Shown here in pieces: positions 28,657 through 38,398 of a stretch of 64,000 nucleotides of DNA (the stretch's first letter is position 1; every line of letters begins with the position of its first letter). The stretch spans positions 640,576 through 704,575 of the forward strand of contig JANLFQ010000001.1 in assembly GCA_024653355.1 (NCBI GenBank), given 5' to 3'. This DNA is from a candidate division WOR-3 bacterium (GTDB taxonomy: Bacteria; Hydrothermota; Tepidihabitantia; Tepidihabitantales; Tepidihabitantaceae). Under the pieces are notes generated by a model. The model was not told the DNA's origin. It saw only the letters and a list, made by a program, of their open reading frames with translations, and made no database searches. A program made the translations under genes and the position numbers.

Positions 28657-29979
28657 GTGTCAAAATTCTATTTGCAGGTTTACGGCTGTCAGATGAATCA
28701 ATACGAAGCCGAATTGGTGCGCCACATACTTAATCAATCGGGATTTAGTGAAACTGATAACGCAGAGGACGCCGATGTCTTCTTAATGGTCACCTGCTCG
28801 GTACGCGACCACGCCGAACAAAGAGCCCTGGGCAGACTGGCAACATTTAAATCCTACAAAAACCGCTCGTCGGAAAAAATCGTCGGCGTTCTCGGTTGTG
28901 CTGCCCAGCGCCTAAACGAAAAACTAATCACCGACTACGGAGCGGATATCGTTGTTGGACCTGACGGTTACCGACACCTTCCCGAACTTATCAACCGCCG
29001 AAGAAACGGTGCCCCGCCCCAGTTGTTTGTGCCGATTAACGACGAGTGCTATCCGGACATTCACCCCCAAATCCGAAATGCCGTTACCGCAAATGTAACA
29101 ATAATGCGCGGTTGTAACAACTTTTGTTCATACTGCATCGTCCCTTATGTAAAAGGTCCGGAACGTTCCCGACCGGTGGAAAGCATCGTAAATGAAGTCG
29201 AGCAGCTGGTACGCGCCGGAGTAAAAGAGGTAACGCTTTTGGGCCAGAATGTCCTTGCCTATCAGGACCGGGAAACAAGTTTCACCGAACTGCTGGCAAC
29301 CGTTTGCACTATTGACGGTATCGAACGGGTTCGTTTTCTTACATCTCATCCCCGTGATTTGACGGAAAAAATAATCGACCGGATTGCCCGTTTACCGAAA
29401 GTTTGCCCGCAGTTCCACCTCCCATTACAGTCGGGTTCCAATCGTATCCTGCAGCTTATGAACCGGGGCTACACCCGCGAGGAGTACATGGAGAAAGTGC
29501 AGCTGTTAAGAGATAAAATACCCGAAGTGTCAATTACCACCGACATCATTGTGGGATTTCCCACCGAGGATGAAGATGATTTTGCTGCCACACTGGAAAC
29601 TGTCCGGGCGGTCAAATTTGACTTTGCCTATATGTTCAAATATTCACCCCGGCCCGGAACGCGCGCCGCCGCAATCCAGCCTGCGGTGCCGGAAGCCATA
29701 GCCCGGCGTCGCCTTACCGAACTGATTAAATTGCAAAACCAGATTACCCGGAATGCCAATCAGGCGCTGGTCGGAAAAACCTGCGAACTGCTGATTGAAG
29801 GACCGAGTCCGCGTGGCCAGGGTAGCCTGGGCAGAACCCGCCAAGGAAAGGTTGTCATCCTTGACGAGGAAATTCCGCCGGGTACTCTTGTCTCAACTAT
29901 GGTCAAAGCGGTTCGAGGTTGGACGCCAATCGGTCAGGTGCGCAATACAATACAAGCCCTTGTCACAGGAGGTTGTTAA
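28657..29979 (+). CDS. miaB: tRNA-2-methylthio-N6-dimethylallyladenosine synthase
   Basis: YGCQMN, TCSVR, GC-x-AQ, CNNFCSYC radical-SAM motif, YSPRPGT, TRAM; start reassigned to GTG 28657 (TTGACA-N17-GAAAAT-6 nt-GTG). Confidence 0.92.
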   Translation: MSKFYLQVYGCQMNQYEAELVRHILNQSGFSETDNAEDADVFLMVTCSVRDHAEQRALGRLATFKSYKNRSSEKIVGVLGCAAQRLNEKLITDYGADIVVGPDGYRHLPELINRRRNGAPPQLFVPINDECYPDIHPQIRNAVTANVTIMRGCNNFCSYCIVPYVKGPERSRPVESIVNEVEQLVRAGVKEVTLLGQNVLAYQDRETSFTELLATVCTIDGIERVRFLTSHPRDLTEKIIDRIARLPKVCPQFHLPLQSGSNRILQLMNRGYTREEYMEKVQLLRDKIPEVSITTDIIVGFPTEDEDDFAATLETVRAVKFDFAYMFKYSPRPGTRAAAIQPAVPEAIARRRLTELIKLQNQITRNANQALVGKTCELLIEGPSPRGQGSLGRTRQGKVVILDEEIPPGTLVSTMVKAVRGWTPIGQVRNTIQALVTGGC

Positions 29980-30333
29980 ATGCTTACATTTAGAGTAATT
30001 CTTATCTTACTTGCCTTTGTCATCCTTTTTATCCTGGGCTGGCAGAATCAAACCACGGCAACCGTTCAAGTGTTCTGGCGCACCTTTTACAATGTCCCCC
30101 TTGCCTTTGTAATGCTTTACTCTTTTGCCTTTGGTGCCCTGTGCGTCGGCATATTTACGATTGTTTCCGAAATCAGGTTGCGTACCCGACTCCACCGGCA
30201 GCGCCAGGAGATTGAAGCCTTAACCGAAGAACTTCGTGCCCTGCGCAATGCACCACTGAGCATAATTCCTTCACCCCAAGAACCGGCACCGAGCGAAATT
30301 CCCATCGACGACAACAGCCCAAAAGGAGCATAG
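29980..30333 (+). CDS. lapA: LapA-family lipopolysaccharide assembly protein
   Basis: Two TM helices, QN motif, C-terminal coiled coil; precedes LapB-like gene. Confidence 0.75.
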   Translation: MLTFRVILILLAFVILFILGWQNQTTATVQVFWRTFYNVPLAFVMLYSFAFGALCVGIFTIVSEIRLRTRLHRQRQEIEALTEELRALRNAPLSIIPSPQEPAPSEIPIDDNSPKGA

Positions 30334-30337
30334 CATT

Positions 30338-31441
30338 ATGTATCCACTGTTAATTGTCATTCTCGCCCTTTTAGTTGTCGCCCTGTATCCGGTCATCCGC
30401 GACTTCTTCCGTCAGCGCCGGGCAACGATTCCCGCCTATGTTGAAGGTCTCAAACTACTCCTCGATGGCAATGTTGATGAAGCGGCAAAAAAGTTAAAAC
30501 AGGCGGTAGAACAGGACACCAGCAATGTTGACGCCTATATCCGGCTCGGCACGCTATTTCTCGAACAGGGTGACTTTGAAAGAGCGCTGCGCATCCACGA
30601 AAACCTTGCCCTGCGGCGCAATTTAAAACCAGAAGAAGAAAAAGCGATTTATCGGGCGCTGGTTCAAGACTACATAAAGACGGGCCGAAAGGTGAAGGCG
30701 ATACCGTTACTTGAAGAGTTGATTCGGGCGGACCGCAAGGACCTTGCCAGCCGGGAGACCCTTCTCGAACTGTACATCGAAAACAACTCCTGGGATAAGT
30801 GTGAAGAGATTCTCAAAGAGTTACAGGCGGGAGACCCGAACCGTGCCAGCCGATTTTACGCCCTCTACGGCTATGTCTATGGCAAAGTTAACTATAAATC
30901 AGGTGTAAAATGGTTGCACGACGCCCTGAAACTCAATCCGAACTCCCTCCTTGCCCGAATTCTCCTTGGTGACCTCTTGTTAAGCCAGGGTGAAGTTGAC
31001 GAGGCAATCCGGGTCTGGAAAGAGGTAATTGAAGTGGCGCCGGAAAAAAATTACCTCGTCCGGGAGCGACTGGAACGGGCATACTTTGAGAGTGGCCACT
31101 ACGAAGAGGTTACCAACCTCTACCGCCGACTCCTGTTTCGGGTACCGCAAGACACCGGACTGGTTCTGGCGTTAGCCGAAATCTACGCCAAAATGGAAAA
31201 CTTAAAGGAAGCCCGCAACATCCTTGAAAAGGCAACGAAAAACGGCGATGCTGCCACCCGCATCTTCCTGGCGCAGATTTTGCTGCGGGAAGGTGAAACG
31301 GCACGCGCACTCACCGTCCTCAATGAAGCGATGAGCAAGTTAGCCGCCAACACCCGGCACTGTAAAAAATGTAACGCCCTGCTCCGGCAGAGTGAAATCC
31401 GGTGCCACCAATGCGGCACCTGGCAGGATGATGTGACATAA
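30338..31441 (+). CDS. lapB: LapB-like TPR protein with rubredoxin-type C-terminus
   Basis: N-terminal TM, YVEGL, RALRIHENL, TPRs, CKKC...CHQCGTW. Confidence 0.78.
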   Translation: MYPLLIVILALLVVALYPVIRDFFRQRRATIPAYVEGLKLLLDGNVDEAAKKLKQAVEQDTSNVDAYIRLGTLFLEQGDFERALRIHENLALRRNLKPEEEKAIYRALVQDYIKTGRKVKAIPLLEELIRADRKDLASRETLLELYIENNSWDKCEEILKELQAGDPNRASRFYALYGYVYGKVNYKSGVKWLHDALKLNPNSLLARILLGDLLLSQGEVDEAIRVWKEVIEVAPEKNYLVRERLERAYFESGHYEEVTNLYRRLLFRVPQDTGLVLALAEIYAKMENLKEARNILEKATKNGDAATRIFLAQILLREGETARALTVLNEAMSKLAANTRHCKKCNALLRQSEIRCHQCGTWQDDVT

Positions 31442-31469
31442 GTTTACCGCGACCGTAGCCGACGCCGCA

Positions 31470-34052
31470 ATGGCAGAAAAACTCACTCCCCTTTTGACTC
31501 AGTACCACCGAATAAAGCAACGCTATCCGGAAACACTTCTGCTCTTTCGGGTAGGTGACTTTTACGAGATGTTTTATCAGGATGCGGAAATCGGTGCCCG
31601 GGCGCTGAATCTGACCCTCACCTCCCGCTCACACGGTCCGAACCATCGCGTGCCCCTCGCCGGCATCCCGGCAAAGTCGCTCGACACCTATGTTGCCCGC
31701 CTCGTCGAACAGGGGTTCAAAATTGCGGTGTGCGAGCAACTCGAACCCCCCAATCAGGGGAAACCGGTTGTTGCCCGTGATGTGGTCGAGGTAATCACTC
31801 CGGGCACCCTGGTGCGCGACACCCTGCTTGATGAACACCGCAACAACTATCTACTGGCAATCTCACCGGGTGCCATCTGGGGTGTCGCCTTTACCGACCT
31901 TTCCACCGGAGAATTTTACGCTGCCGAAATTCCTCCGGCATCAATTGGCGAAGAACTTACCCGCATTGCACCTTCCGAAATCCTTTTGCCCCAGGGTTGG
32001 ATGGGCGAACTTCCCTCTTACCTGCCGGGAAGGGTAACAAAACTGGACGACTACTACTTCACACCCGAATTTGCCTTTGAAAAACTCACCTCCCATTTCG
32101 GTGTTGCCAACCTTGCCGGTTTTGGTGTTGACCATCTGACCGAAGCGATCTGTGCCGCCGGCGCAATCCTCGAATACCTGGAGCAAACTCAATGCACGAC
32201 TTTACCCCATCTCCAGCGCCTCACGCCTTATCAAAACACCGATTTTCTGCTCATCGACCGCATCTCACGGCGCAACCTTGAACTGCTCGAAAAACTTCAC
32301 CCCCAAAACAAAGGGGACCGCGAAATCGGAACGCTCTTCTGGCTTCTTAATCGAACCTGCACCCCGGCGGGCACCAGACTGCTCCGCCGCTGGCTTCTTA
32401 CCCCATTACTCTCGGTCGAAAAAATCAACGAACGGCTTGACGCCGTCGCAGCATTACTGACACCCGCCTCTCCCCTTGAACAACTCCAGCAACTCCTGAG
32501 CAAAGTTGGCGACCTCGAAAGAGTCGCCTCCCGTATCGCCTTAGACCGTGCCACCCCTCGTGATTTAGTTGCCCTCCGTTCCTGGTTGACCGTTGTCCCC
32601 GACATAAAACTGCTGCTGAAAGACCTTTCTGCCCTAATCCTTCAGAGGTCAGCCGAACTCATCCCTGACTTCACCCCGCTCGTAAAAGAACTGGAGCGCG
32701 CCCTGATCGACTCGCCGCCCACCACCATCACCGACGGCGGTATCTTCCGACCAAGTTACAACGAAGAACTGGACAACCTCCGGGAACTCACCAAAGATGC
32801 GAAACAGTTCCTTGCCCGACTTCAGGAGTCCGAGCGCGCCCGCACCGGTATCCCCAACCTGCGCATCGGCTACAACTCGGTTTTTGGCTACTACATTGAA
32901 GTTACCCGGTCATATCTGCGCCTTGTTCCGAGTGACTACATCCGCAAACAAACCGTTACCGGCGGCGAACGGTTTATCACCCCGCAGTTAAAAGAGTACG
33001 AAACAAAAATCATCAACGCCGAAGAGCGCAGCAAAACCCTTGAATACGAACTGTTTATCGACCTGCGCAATCGCATCAAACCGGACTGTAACAAAATCAT
33101 CGAACTGGCAAACACTCTTGCCACAGTTGATGTCCTGGCAGCCTTTGCCCGGCTTGCCCGGGAAAAAAACTACACCCGTCCGGTTATTGACAGTTCAACC
33201 ACAATCGAAATCAAAGCGGGCCGCCATCCCGTAGTGGAAACAATCTCTACCGAACCGTTCATCCCCAACGACACATATCTCGACACGACCAACAATCAGA
33301 TTCTAATCATCACCGGACCGAATATGGCGGGAAAATCCACCTACTTACGCCAGACGGCGTTGATTGTCATTATGGCGCAACTCGGCTCCTTTGTGCCGGC
33401 ACGCTCTGCCCGGATTGGTATCGTCGATAAGATTTTCACCCGCATCGGCGCCTCAGACGACCTGGCGCGGGGTGTCTCCACATTCCTCGCAGAAATGAAC
33501 GAAACCGCTAACATCCTGAACAACGCCACCTCACGCAGTTTAGTAATCTTAGATGAAGTTGGCCGGGGAACCGCAACCGAAGACGGTGTCGCTATCGCCT
33601 GGGCAACAGTTGAATATCTCCACGGCGATGAAAAGTTCTGCCCCCGAACCCTGTTCGCAACCCATTATCACGAACTGACCCAGCTTCCCAACCATTTGCC
33701 CCGGACAAAGAATTTCAGTTTTCTGGTCCGGGAAAAGGGTGATGAGGTCATCTTCTTGAGAAAAATCCATCCTGGTCCGGCGGATAAAAGTTACGGAATT
33801 GCGGTTGCCAAACTCGCTGGCTTACCAGAACGAGTTATCCGCCGGGCGCGTGAACTGTTAACCCTCTTCACCAGAAACGAGCAGATTAACTTTGCGCAGT
33901 TAAAAGCAGCGCCGGAAAAACCCGTTGCTGCGGACCAGCCTTTTAATCATCCGGTGCTTGAGCGGCTGCGCAACCTGAACATAGACGAAATCTCTCCACT
34001 TAAGGCACTAAACCTCCTCGCCGAACTCAACCGTCTTTTAAAAGACCAGTAA
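31470..34052 (+). CDS. mutS: DNA mismatch repair protein MutS
   Basis: GDFYEMF, GRHPVVE, TGPNMAGKST, DEVGRGT, ATHYHEL, SYGIAVAKLAG. Confidence 0.98.
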   Translation: MAEKLTPLLTQYHRIKQRYPETLLLFRVGDFYEMFYQDAEIGARALNLTLTSRSHGPNHRVPLAGIPAKSLDTYVARLVEQGFKIAVCEQLEPPNQGKPVVARDVVEVITPGTLVRDTLLDEHRNNYLLAISPGAIWGVAFTDLSTGEFYAAEIPPASIGEELTRIAPSEILLPQGWMGELPSYLPGRVTKLDDYYFTPEFAFEKLTSHFGVANLAGFGVDHLTEAICAAGAILEYLEQTQCTTLPHLQRLTPYQNTDFLLIDRISRRNLELLEKLHPQNKGDREIGTLFWLLNRTCTPAGTRLLRRWLLTPLLSVEKINERLDAVAALLTPASPLEQLQQLLSKVGDLERVASRIALDRATPRDLVALRSWLTVVPDIKLLLKDLSALILQRSAELIPDFTPLVKELERALIDSPPTTITDGGIFRPSYNEELDNLRELTKDAKQFLARLQESERARTGIPNLRIGYNSVFGYYIEVTRSYLRLVPSDYIRKQTVTGGERFITPQLKEYETKIINAEERSKTLEYELFIDLRNRIKPDCNKIIELANTLATVDVLAAFARLAREKNYTRPVIDSSTTIEIKAGRHPVVETISTEPFIPNDTYLDTTNNQILIITGPNMAGKSTYLRQTALIVIMAQLGSFVPARSARIGIVDKIFTRIGASDDLARGVSTFLAEMNETANILNNATSRSLVILDEVGRGTATEDGVAIAWATVEYLHGDEKFCPRTLFATHYHELTQLPNHLPRTKNFSFLVREKGDEVIFLRKIHPGPADKSYGIAVAKLAGLPERVIRRARELLTLFTRNEQINFAQLKAAPEKPVAADQPFNHPVLERLRNLNIDEISPLKALNLLAELNRLLKDQ

Positions 34053-34257
34053 ACCTTTTTAACCTCTGATCACGACTTCCACCCTGACAGCAAACCCGGA
34101 ATGGGGTGTCGCACTCGTGTAAACCACATATTTTCAACACACTAACCTATAAAGACATCTAACAAACTACCGTTACGCCAATTGTGCTTAACAAATTCTG
34201 ATTGTTTAACTATCAATACTATAAAAACTTAGGCAATTGAATTGAAATTTTACCTCA

Positions 34258-34273
34258 GGGAACGCATATTGCT
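34258..34273 (+). promoter_or_regulatory. Putative sigma54 (-24/-12) promoter
   Basis: GGGAAC-GCATA-TTGCT: GG-N10-GC spacing exact; AT-rich upstream; no TTGAC-type promoter found in this gap. Confidence 0.55.
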
Positions 34274-34291
34274 TAATTATAAAACGGAAAG

Positions 34292-34361
34292 GGTAACGGG
34301 ATGGCCCAATTCAAGGGGTTACATCCGAAGGAGCGATAAGTTTATGGGCCATTCCGTTGCC
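34292..34361 (+). other. Structured 5' leader: 17-bp stem enclosing a 12-codon uORF (34301-34339, MAQFKGLHPKER)
   Basis: GGTAACGGGATGGCCCA pairs with TGGGCCATTCCGTTGCC using two G-U pairs. Confidence 0.55.
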
Positions 34362-34400
34362 TGCGGGATAGTTGTAAACAAACAAACGAGGGGGTGAAAA

Positions 34401-35465
34401 ATGTTTGCAGAACTGCTTACCGTCGAACGTAACGAACTTATGCGTGACCTTTTTGCAACCTACCCATTTAAGCCCTATCTCTGGGCACTGGGTAAGGAAA
34501 GAGAAGGCGCGGCGGACAACTACATCTTATCACAGATAAATGAAGCGGTAAAAGCCGGTGGCATCGCCCGCACCTATTATCTCGATGGCAAAGTGCAGGG
34601 ATTATGCGTTATCAAACCGGACATTTTAGCAACCCAGGAACTCAACTGCCGGTCCTACCGAATAACCCATCTCATCGCAATGGGAAAACCTGATGTTCAG
34701 ATGCTTGTCAAGAACTTGCTCATCCGCGAGACATTAAGAACACTGCCTAAAAACAGTTGTATCGTTGCCCGTTGCCCGTACTCAGACCTGACATCAATCA
34801 ATGCCCTGGAAAGTTGCGGTTTTTTCACAACACACACCGCATTGATTCTGGCAAAAGAGCTGTCGAAAAACGATTGGCTGGCGACTCCGGCCGAAGATTA
34901 CGAGGTAACACTGATAGACAGAAACGACATTGATTACTTCGACGAGTCTGTTCTCGATATTCCGGAAGGGGTTCTGGGTTGGGATGTCAATCTGCCACCG
35001 CGCATCCTCAGTAAAGTCCATCGTGATTGGTTGCGCACCTATGCGGCAACCGCACCGGCAACGGCAGCGCAATCCGCGGCAAGCACCTCCATCAACAAAT
35101 CGAACGGTCTCAGCCAAGCGCTGTTTGCCGCCGTTGACCAGGGTCGCGTCGTTGGTATCGCCGCCGAACGCACTAAACCCGATGCCGGTAATGCACTCGG
35201 TTTTAATGTCGGAACTATTGACATTTTGACGACCGCTCCGGAATACCGCGGCAACGGTGTCGCAACCAAACTGCTCAAGGAGTCTTTGAACCAATTTGTT
35301 CAAAAAGGGGTTCGCGTCGCCGAATTGATACTCCATACCAATGACGGCTTCCTAACGCAAACTTACCAGGAAATGGGTTTCTTCACCGTCGGTACTACCC
35401 TGACACTCGTTTACTGTGGCGGTAAACAACCGGACCGGGCAAAATTAGCGCGAATCAGGGGGTAA
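34401..35465 (+). CDS. Tandem-domain GNAT N-acetyltransferase (WecD-like)
   Basis: APEYRGNGVATKLL acetyl-CoA motif, YQEMGF; degenerate first GNAT domain (LESCGF). Confidence 0.75.
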   Translation: MFAELLTVERNELMRDLFATYPFKPYLWALGKEREGAADNYILSQINEAVKAGGIARTYYLDGKVQGLCVIKPDILATQELNCRSYRITHLIAMGKPDVQMLVKNLLIRETLRTLPKNSCIVARCPYSDLTSINALESCGFFTTHTALILAKELSKNDWLATPAEDYEVTLIDRNDIDYFDESVLDIPEGVLGWDVNLPPRILSKVHRDWLRTYAATAPATAAQSAASTSINKSNGLSQALFAAVDQGRVVGIAAERTKPDAGNALGFNVGTIDILTTAPEYRGNGVATKLLKESLNQFVQKGVRVAELILHTNDGFLTQTYQEMGFFTVGTTLTLVYCGGKQPDRAKLARIRG

Positions 35466-35519
35466 TATAAGAAATTCAAAGAGCAACAAAAGGCAGTTTA
35501 ATATAACCAGGGAGGAAGT

Positions 35520-35966
35520 ATGGCTAAAATAGCGGTTGGGGTTTGGGCGATTTTCGGGTTAATGACCACGATTCTCGCCCAACCTATTGGCGGTCAGAAC
35601 GACCAGTACCCGCAAGCGCCGGCAATCTCAATCCGCGCGTCAATCTGGGGACAGGTTAATCACCCAGGTCAGTACTCATTCAACAGTGCTGCCGACCTTT
35701 TTGAACTGATTTCCGCTGCCGGTGGCCCAACAAGCAACGCCGATGTCCGCCATATCATCGTTCTACGGGAAAAAGACGGCACCCGGCACCGGTTTAATCT
35801 CCAGCGTCTCGCGATATCCGGTCAACGGTTTTTCCTTGCCACCGGTGATGTGGTAATTATCCCGGAATCTTTCTGGAGCAAATTCCGTAACGGTTTACCG
35901 GTAATCACTGCTGCCGCGGCAGTCGCAAATGTTGCCATAACCGCAATCCTTCTATCACAAAGGTAA
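35520..35966 (+). CDS. Small SLBB-domain exported protein with C-terminal hydrophobic helix
   Basis: Signal peptide; IWGQVNHPGQY, ISAAGG, GDVVIIP. Confidence 0.8.
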   Translation: MAKIAVGVWAIFGLMTTILAQPIGGQNDQYPQAPAISIRASIWGQVNHPGQYSFNSAADLFELISAAGGPTSNADVRHIIVLREKDGTRHRFNLQRLAISGQRFFLATGDVVIIPESFWSKFRNGLPVITAAAAVANVAITAILLSQR

Positions 35967-35973
35967 TTACGAT

Positions 35974-37989
35974 GTGCGCGCTGTGATGACGGCATTAAAA
36001 GCACCCGCCACCGAGGGAAAAAGCCCGTCCGTCCTTATCGTTGATGACGAGTTAGACTTCGCCAACACCCTCGCTGACATCCTCCTCACTAAAGGCTATC
36101 AACCACTTATCGCCACATCGGGGTGGGAGGCAATTAACCTACTGGAACAAACTACGCCGGATGTAATTCTTGTCGACCTACGGCTTCCCGACACCAATGG
36201 TATCAATCTGTTACCAAAAATTAAAAAGTGCGCGCCGCACGCACAGGTAATCATCCTGACCGGCCACGCAACCCTGGAAACGGCAATTCAGGCTTTGCAT
36301 GAGGGTGCCTTTGGCTATTTGCGCAAACCCTGCTCACCCGACCGCTTGTTTCTCACCTTAGAAAACGCCCTGCTCCGGCAGCAGAATGTCCACACATCAC
36401 CCGGTGTCCTTGGTGAACTACTCTTCCATTCAGCGCTTCCCGCGTTTACCTTTGACCCGGAAAACGGTACAATCCTTAACTTCAACCCGGCATTTTTCAA
36501 ATTGACAGAAACCGTCCCCAGTCCGGCTGTTACCCAGAACATTTTTTTCTTTTTGAACGAAAGTGAAGCGCAGATGCACTCTTATCTTGCCAACCTGAAA
36601 ACTACGAGTACCGCCACGCGATTGGTAAAAATCCCTTCGGAAAATTCAACCCGTTACTATCGGTTGCTCGCTTTCCTGACACCGAAAAATCCTAACCGGG
36701 CGCTGGGTGTACTCATCGACATCACCAACCATTATAAATCCGAACTCGCTGCCCGACGCCGTTTTGAGTACTTCCAGAGTATCTGGGAAAACCTTGCCAC
36801 CGGCGTGGTGATTGTTGATAGCCAGTATGCGATTCAACAGGTAAACCCCTGGTTTGCACGTATCTACCAAACGACGCCCGAACAACTCAAAGAAAAAAAA
36901 TGTCATAGTGTGGTACACGGCTTTTCCCGCCCCTGCCATCATTACGGCATAACCTGCCCGATTGTCAATGTCCTGGCATCAGGAACAACTTTTCGGGCAA
37001 CCCACAAACACCTGACACCTGATGGAACCACCCGCCACATCGAAACTACGGTCGCACCGTTACACGATGAAGACAACACCATCATCGCCTTTCTAATGAT
37101 TCACAACGACCTTACCGAGATGAAACTGATTCAGGATGAACTAATCGAAAAGACCCAAAAACTGGCGGAATTAAATGAAGAATTGCGGCAGCAAGCCGAA
37201 AAACTGAAAAAGGCAAATTTTGAACTGTTACGCCTCAGCACCGCAAAAGACGAGTTCATTTCCGTTGTCTCGCACGAACTGCGCACCCCACTCACCGTAA
37301 TTGCCGAGGTGTTAAACCTGCTACTCGACGGTTCTTCCGGAACTATCTCGGAAAAGCAAAATCAACTGTTGACCGCCGCAAACCGAAACTGCCGCCGGCT
37401 CACCGCTCTGATCAATGACATCCTTGATTTGTCAAAACTTGAAGCCGATAAAATCAATATCCACCCCACAAGATTCGACATCTGTGGCCTGATTGAAGAG
37501 GTCAAAAGGTCGTTTCTACCGGCCGCTGCGGAAAAAGGACTTACACTTCAAACATCAACACCGCCGGCACCGGTAATGGTCTACGCCGACGAAAAACACA
37601 TCCACCGCGTCCTGGTAAACCTTGTTGGTAACGCAATAAAATTTACCGAACAGGGCGGTATCACCATCGCCGTTGAGAAAAAAGAAAAACAGGCCCTCAT
37701 ATCGGTAACCGACACCGGAATTGGTATCCCGGAATCAGAACAGTCCTGTATCTTTGACAAATTCTACCAGGCGCATCACCACACCGGATTACGGGTTCCA
37801 GGCACCGGGCTGGGGCTTGCCATTACCAAAAAACTGCTCGAACTGAACAGCAGCACCATCGGGTTGGAAAGCAAACCCAATGCTGGCTCCCGATTCTATT
37901 TCCCGCTGCCATTGATCGGTGACGACGAATCTTCTCAGGTAAAACAAAATGTCATAAACCTTGATGGTAACCATGGCACAGACAATTGA
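35974..37989 (+). CDS. Cytoplasmic hybrid histidine kinase (REC-PAS-PAS-HisKA-HATPase)
   Basis: LIVDDE...DLRLP; SHELRTPL; NLVGNAIKFT; DTGIGI; GTGLGL; no TM segment. Confidence 0.92.
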   Translation: MRAVMTALKAPATEGKSPSVLIVDDELDFANTLADILLTKGYQPLIATSGWEAINLLEQTTPDVILVDLRLPDTNGINLLPKIKKCAPHAQVIILTGHATLETAIQALHEGAFGYLRKPCSPDRLFLTLENALLRQQNVHTSPGVLGELLFHSALPAFTFDPENGTILNFNPAFFKLTETVPSPAVTQNIFFFLNESEAQMHSYLANLKTTSTATRLVKIPSENSTRYYRLLAFLTPKNPNRALGVLIDITNHYKSELAARRRFEYFQSIWENLATGVVIVDSQYAIQQVNPWFARIYQTTPEQLKEKKCHSVVHGFSRPCHHYGITCPIVNVLASGTTFRATHKHLTPDGTTRHIETTVAPLHDEDNTIIAFLMIHNDLTEMKLIQDELIEKTQKLAELNEELRQQAEKLKKANFELLRLSTAKDEFISVVSHELRTPLTVIAEVLNLLLDGSSGTISEKQNQLLTAANRNCRRLTALINDILDLSKLEADKINIHPTRFDICGLIEEVKRSFLPAAAEKGLTLQTSTPPAPVMVYADEKHIHRVLVNLVGNAIKFTEQGGITIAVEKKEKQALISVTDTGIGIPESEQSCIFDKFYQAHHHTGLRVPGTGLGLAITKKLLELNSSTIGLESKPNAGSRFYFPLPLIGDDESSQVKQNVINLDGNHGTDN

Positions 37990-38398
37990 AAGAAACAAAA
38001 CGGTCCTGGTGGTTGACGATGAACCGGATATCAGAATGATTCTCCAGGCACGATTAGAAGCAGCCGGTTACCGGGTCGAAACCGCAGGCAACGGTTTAGA
38101 AGCGTTGAACCGTATCCGGTCACAACCACCAGACCTGGTGATTCTCGACCTGATGTTACCCGGAATGGACGGTTTTGCGGTATGCGCAATGTTGAAGCAC
38201 GACCAACGCTTTAGCCACATACCGATCGTCATCCTCTCGGCACGCTCTCAGGCACAGGACAAAAAAACCGGCGTTAGTCTCGGGGCTGATGCCTATTTAA
38301 CAAAGCCATTTCAACCCCAGGAGTTACTGACCACCATCGAAAACCTTATTGAACCGAAAACCCCGGCTCATTCCGAACCCGGTGCGGAAAAACAATGA
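37973..38398 (+). CDS. Single-domain response regulator
   Basis: VLVVDDE, DLMLPGMDG, LSA, YLTKPF. Confidence 0.92.
   Translation: MAQTIERNKTVLVVDDEPDIRMILQARLEAAGYRVETAGNGLEALNRIRSQPPDLVILDLMLPGMDGFAVCAMLKHDQRFSHIPIVILSARSQAQDKKTGVSLGADAYLTKPFQPQELLTTIENLIEPKTPAHSEPGAEKQ

Noticed and set aside
28210..34326. Shared 11-mer GGGTTACATCC in two 5' regions
   Set aside because: One 11-mer match among several kb of intergenic DNA is expected by chance
34320..34340. SRP RNA-like TCCGAAGGAGC
   Set aside because: Missing the CAGG...GGAA...AGCAG symmetric loop of SRP domain IV
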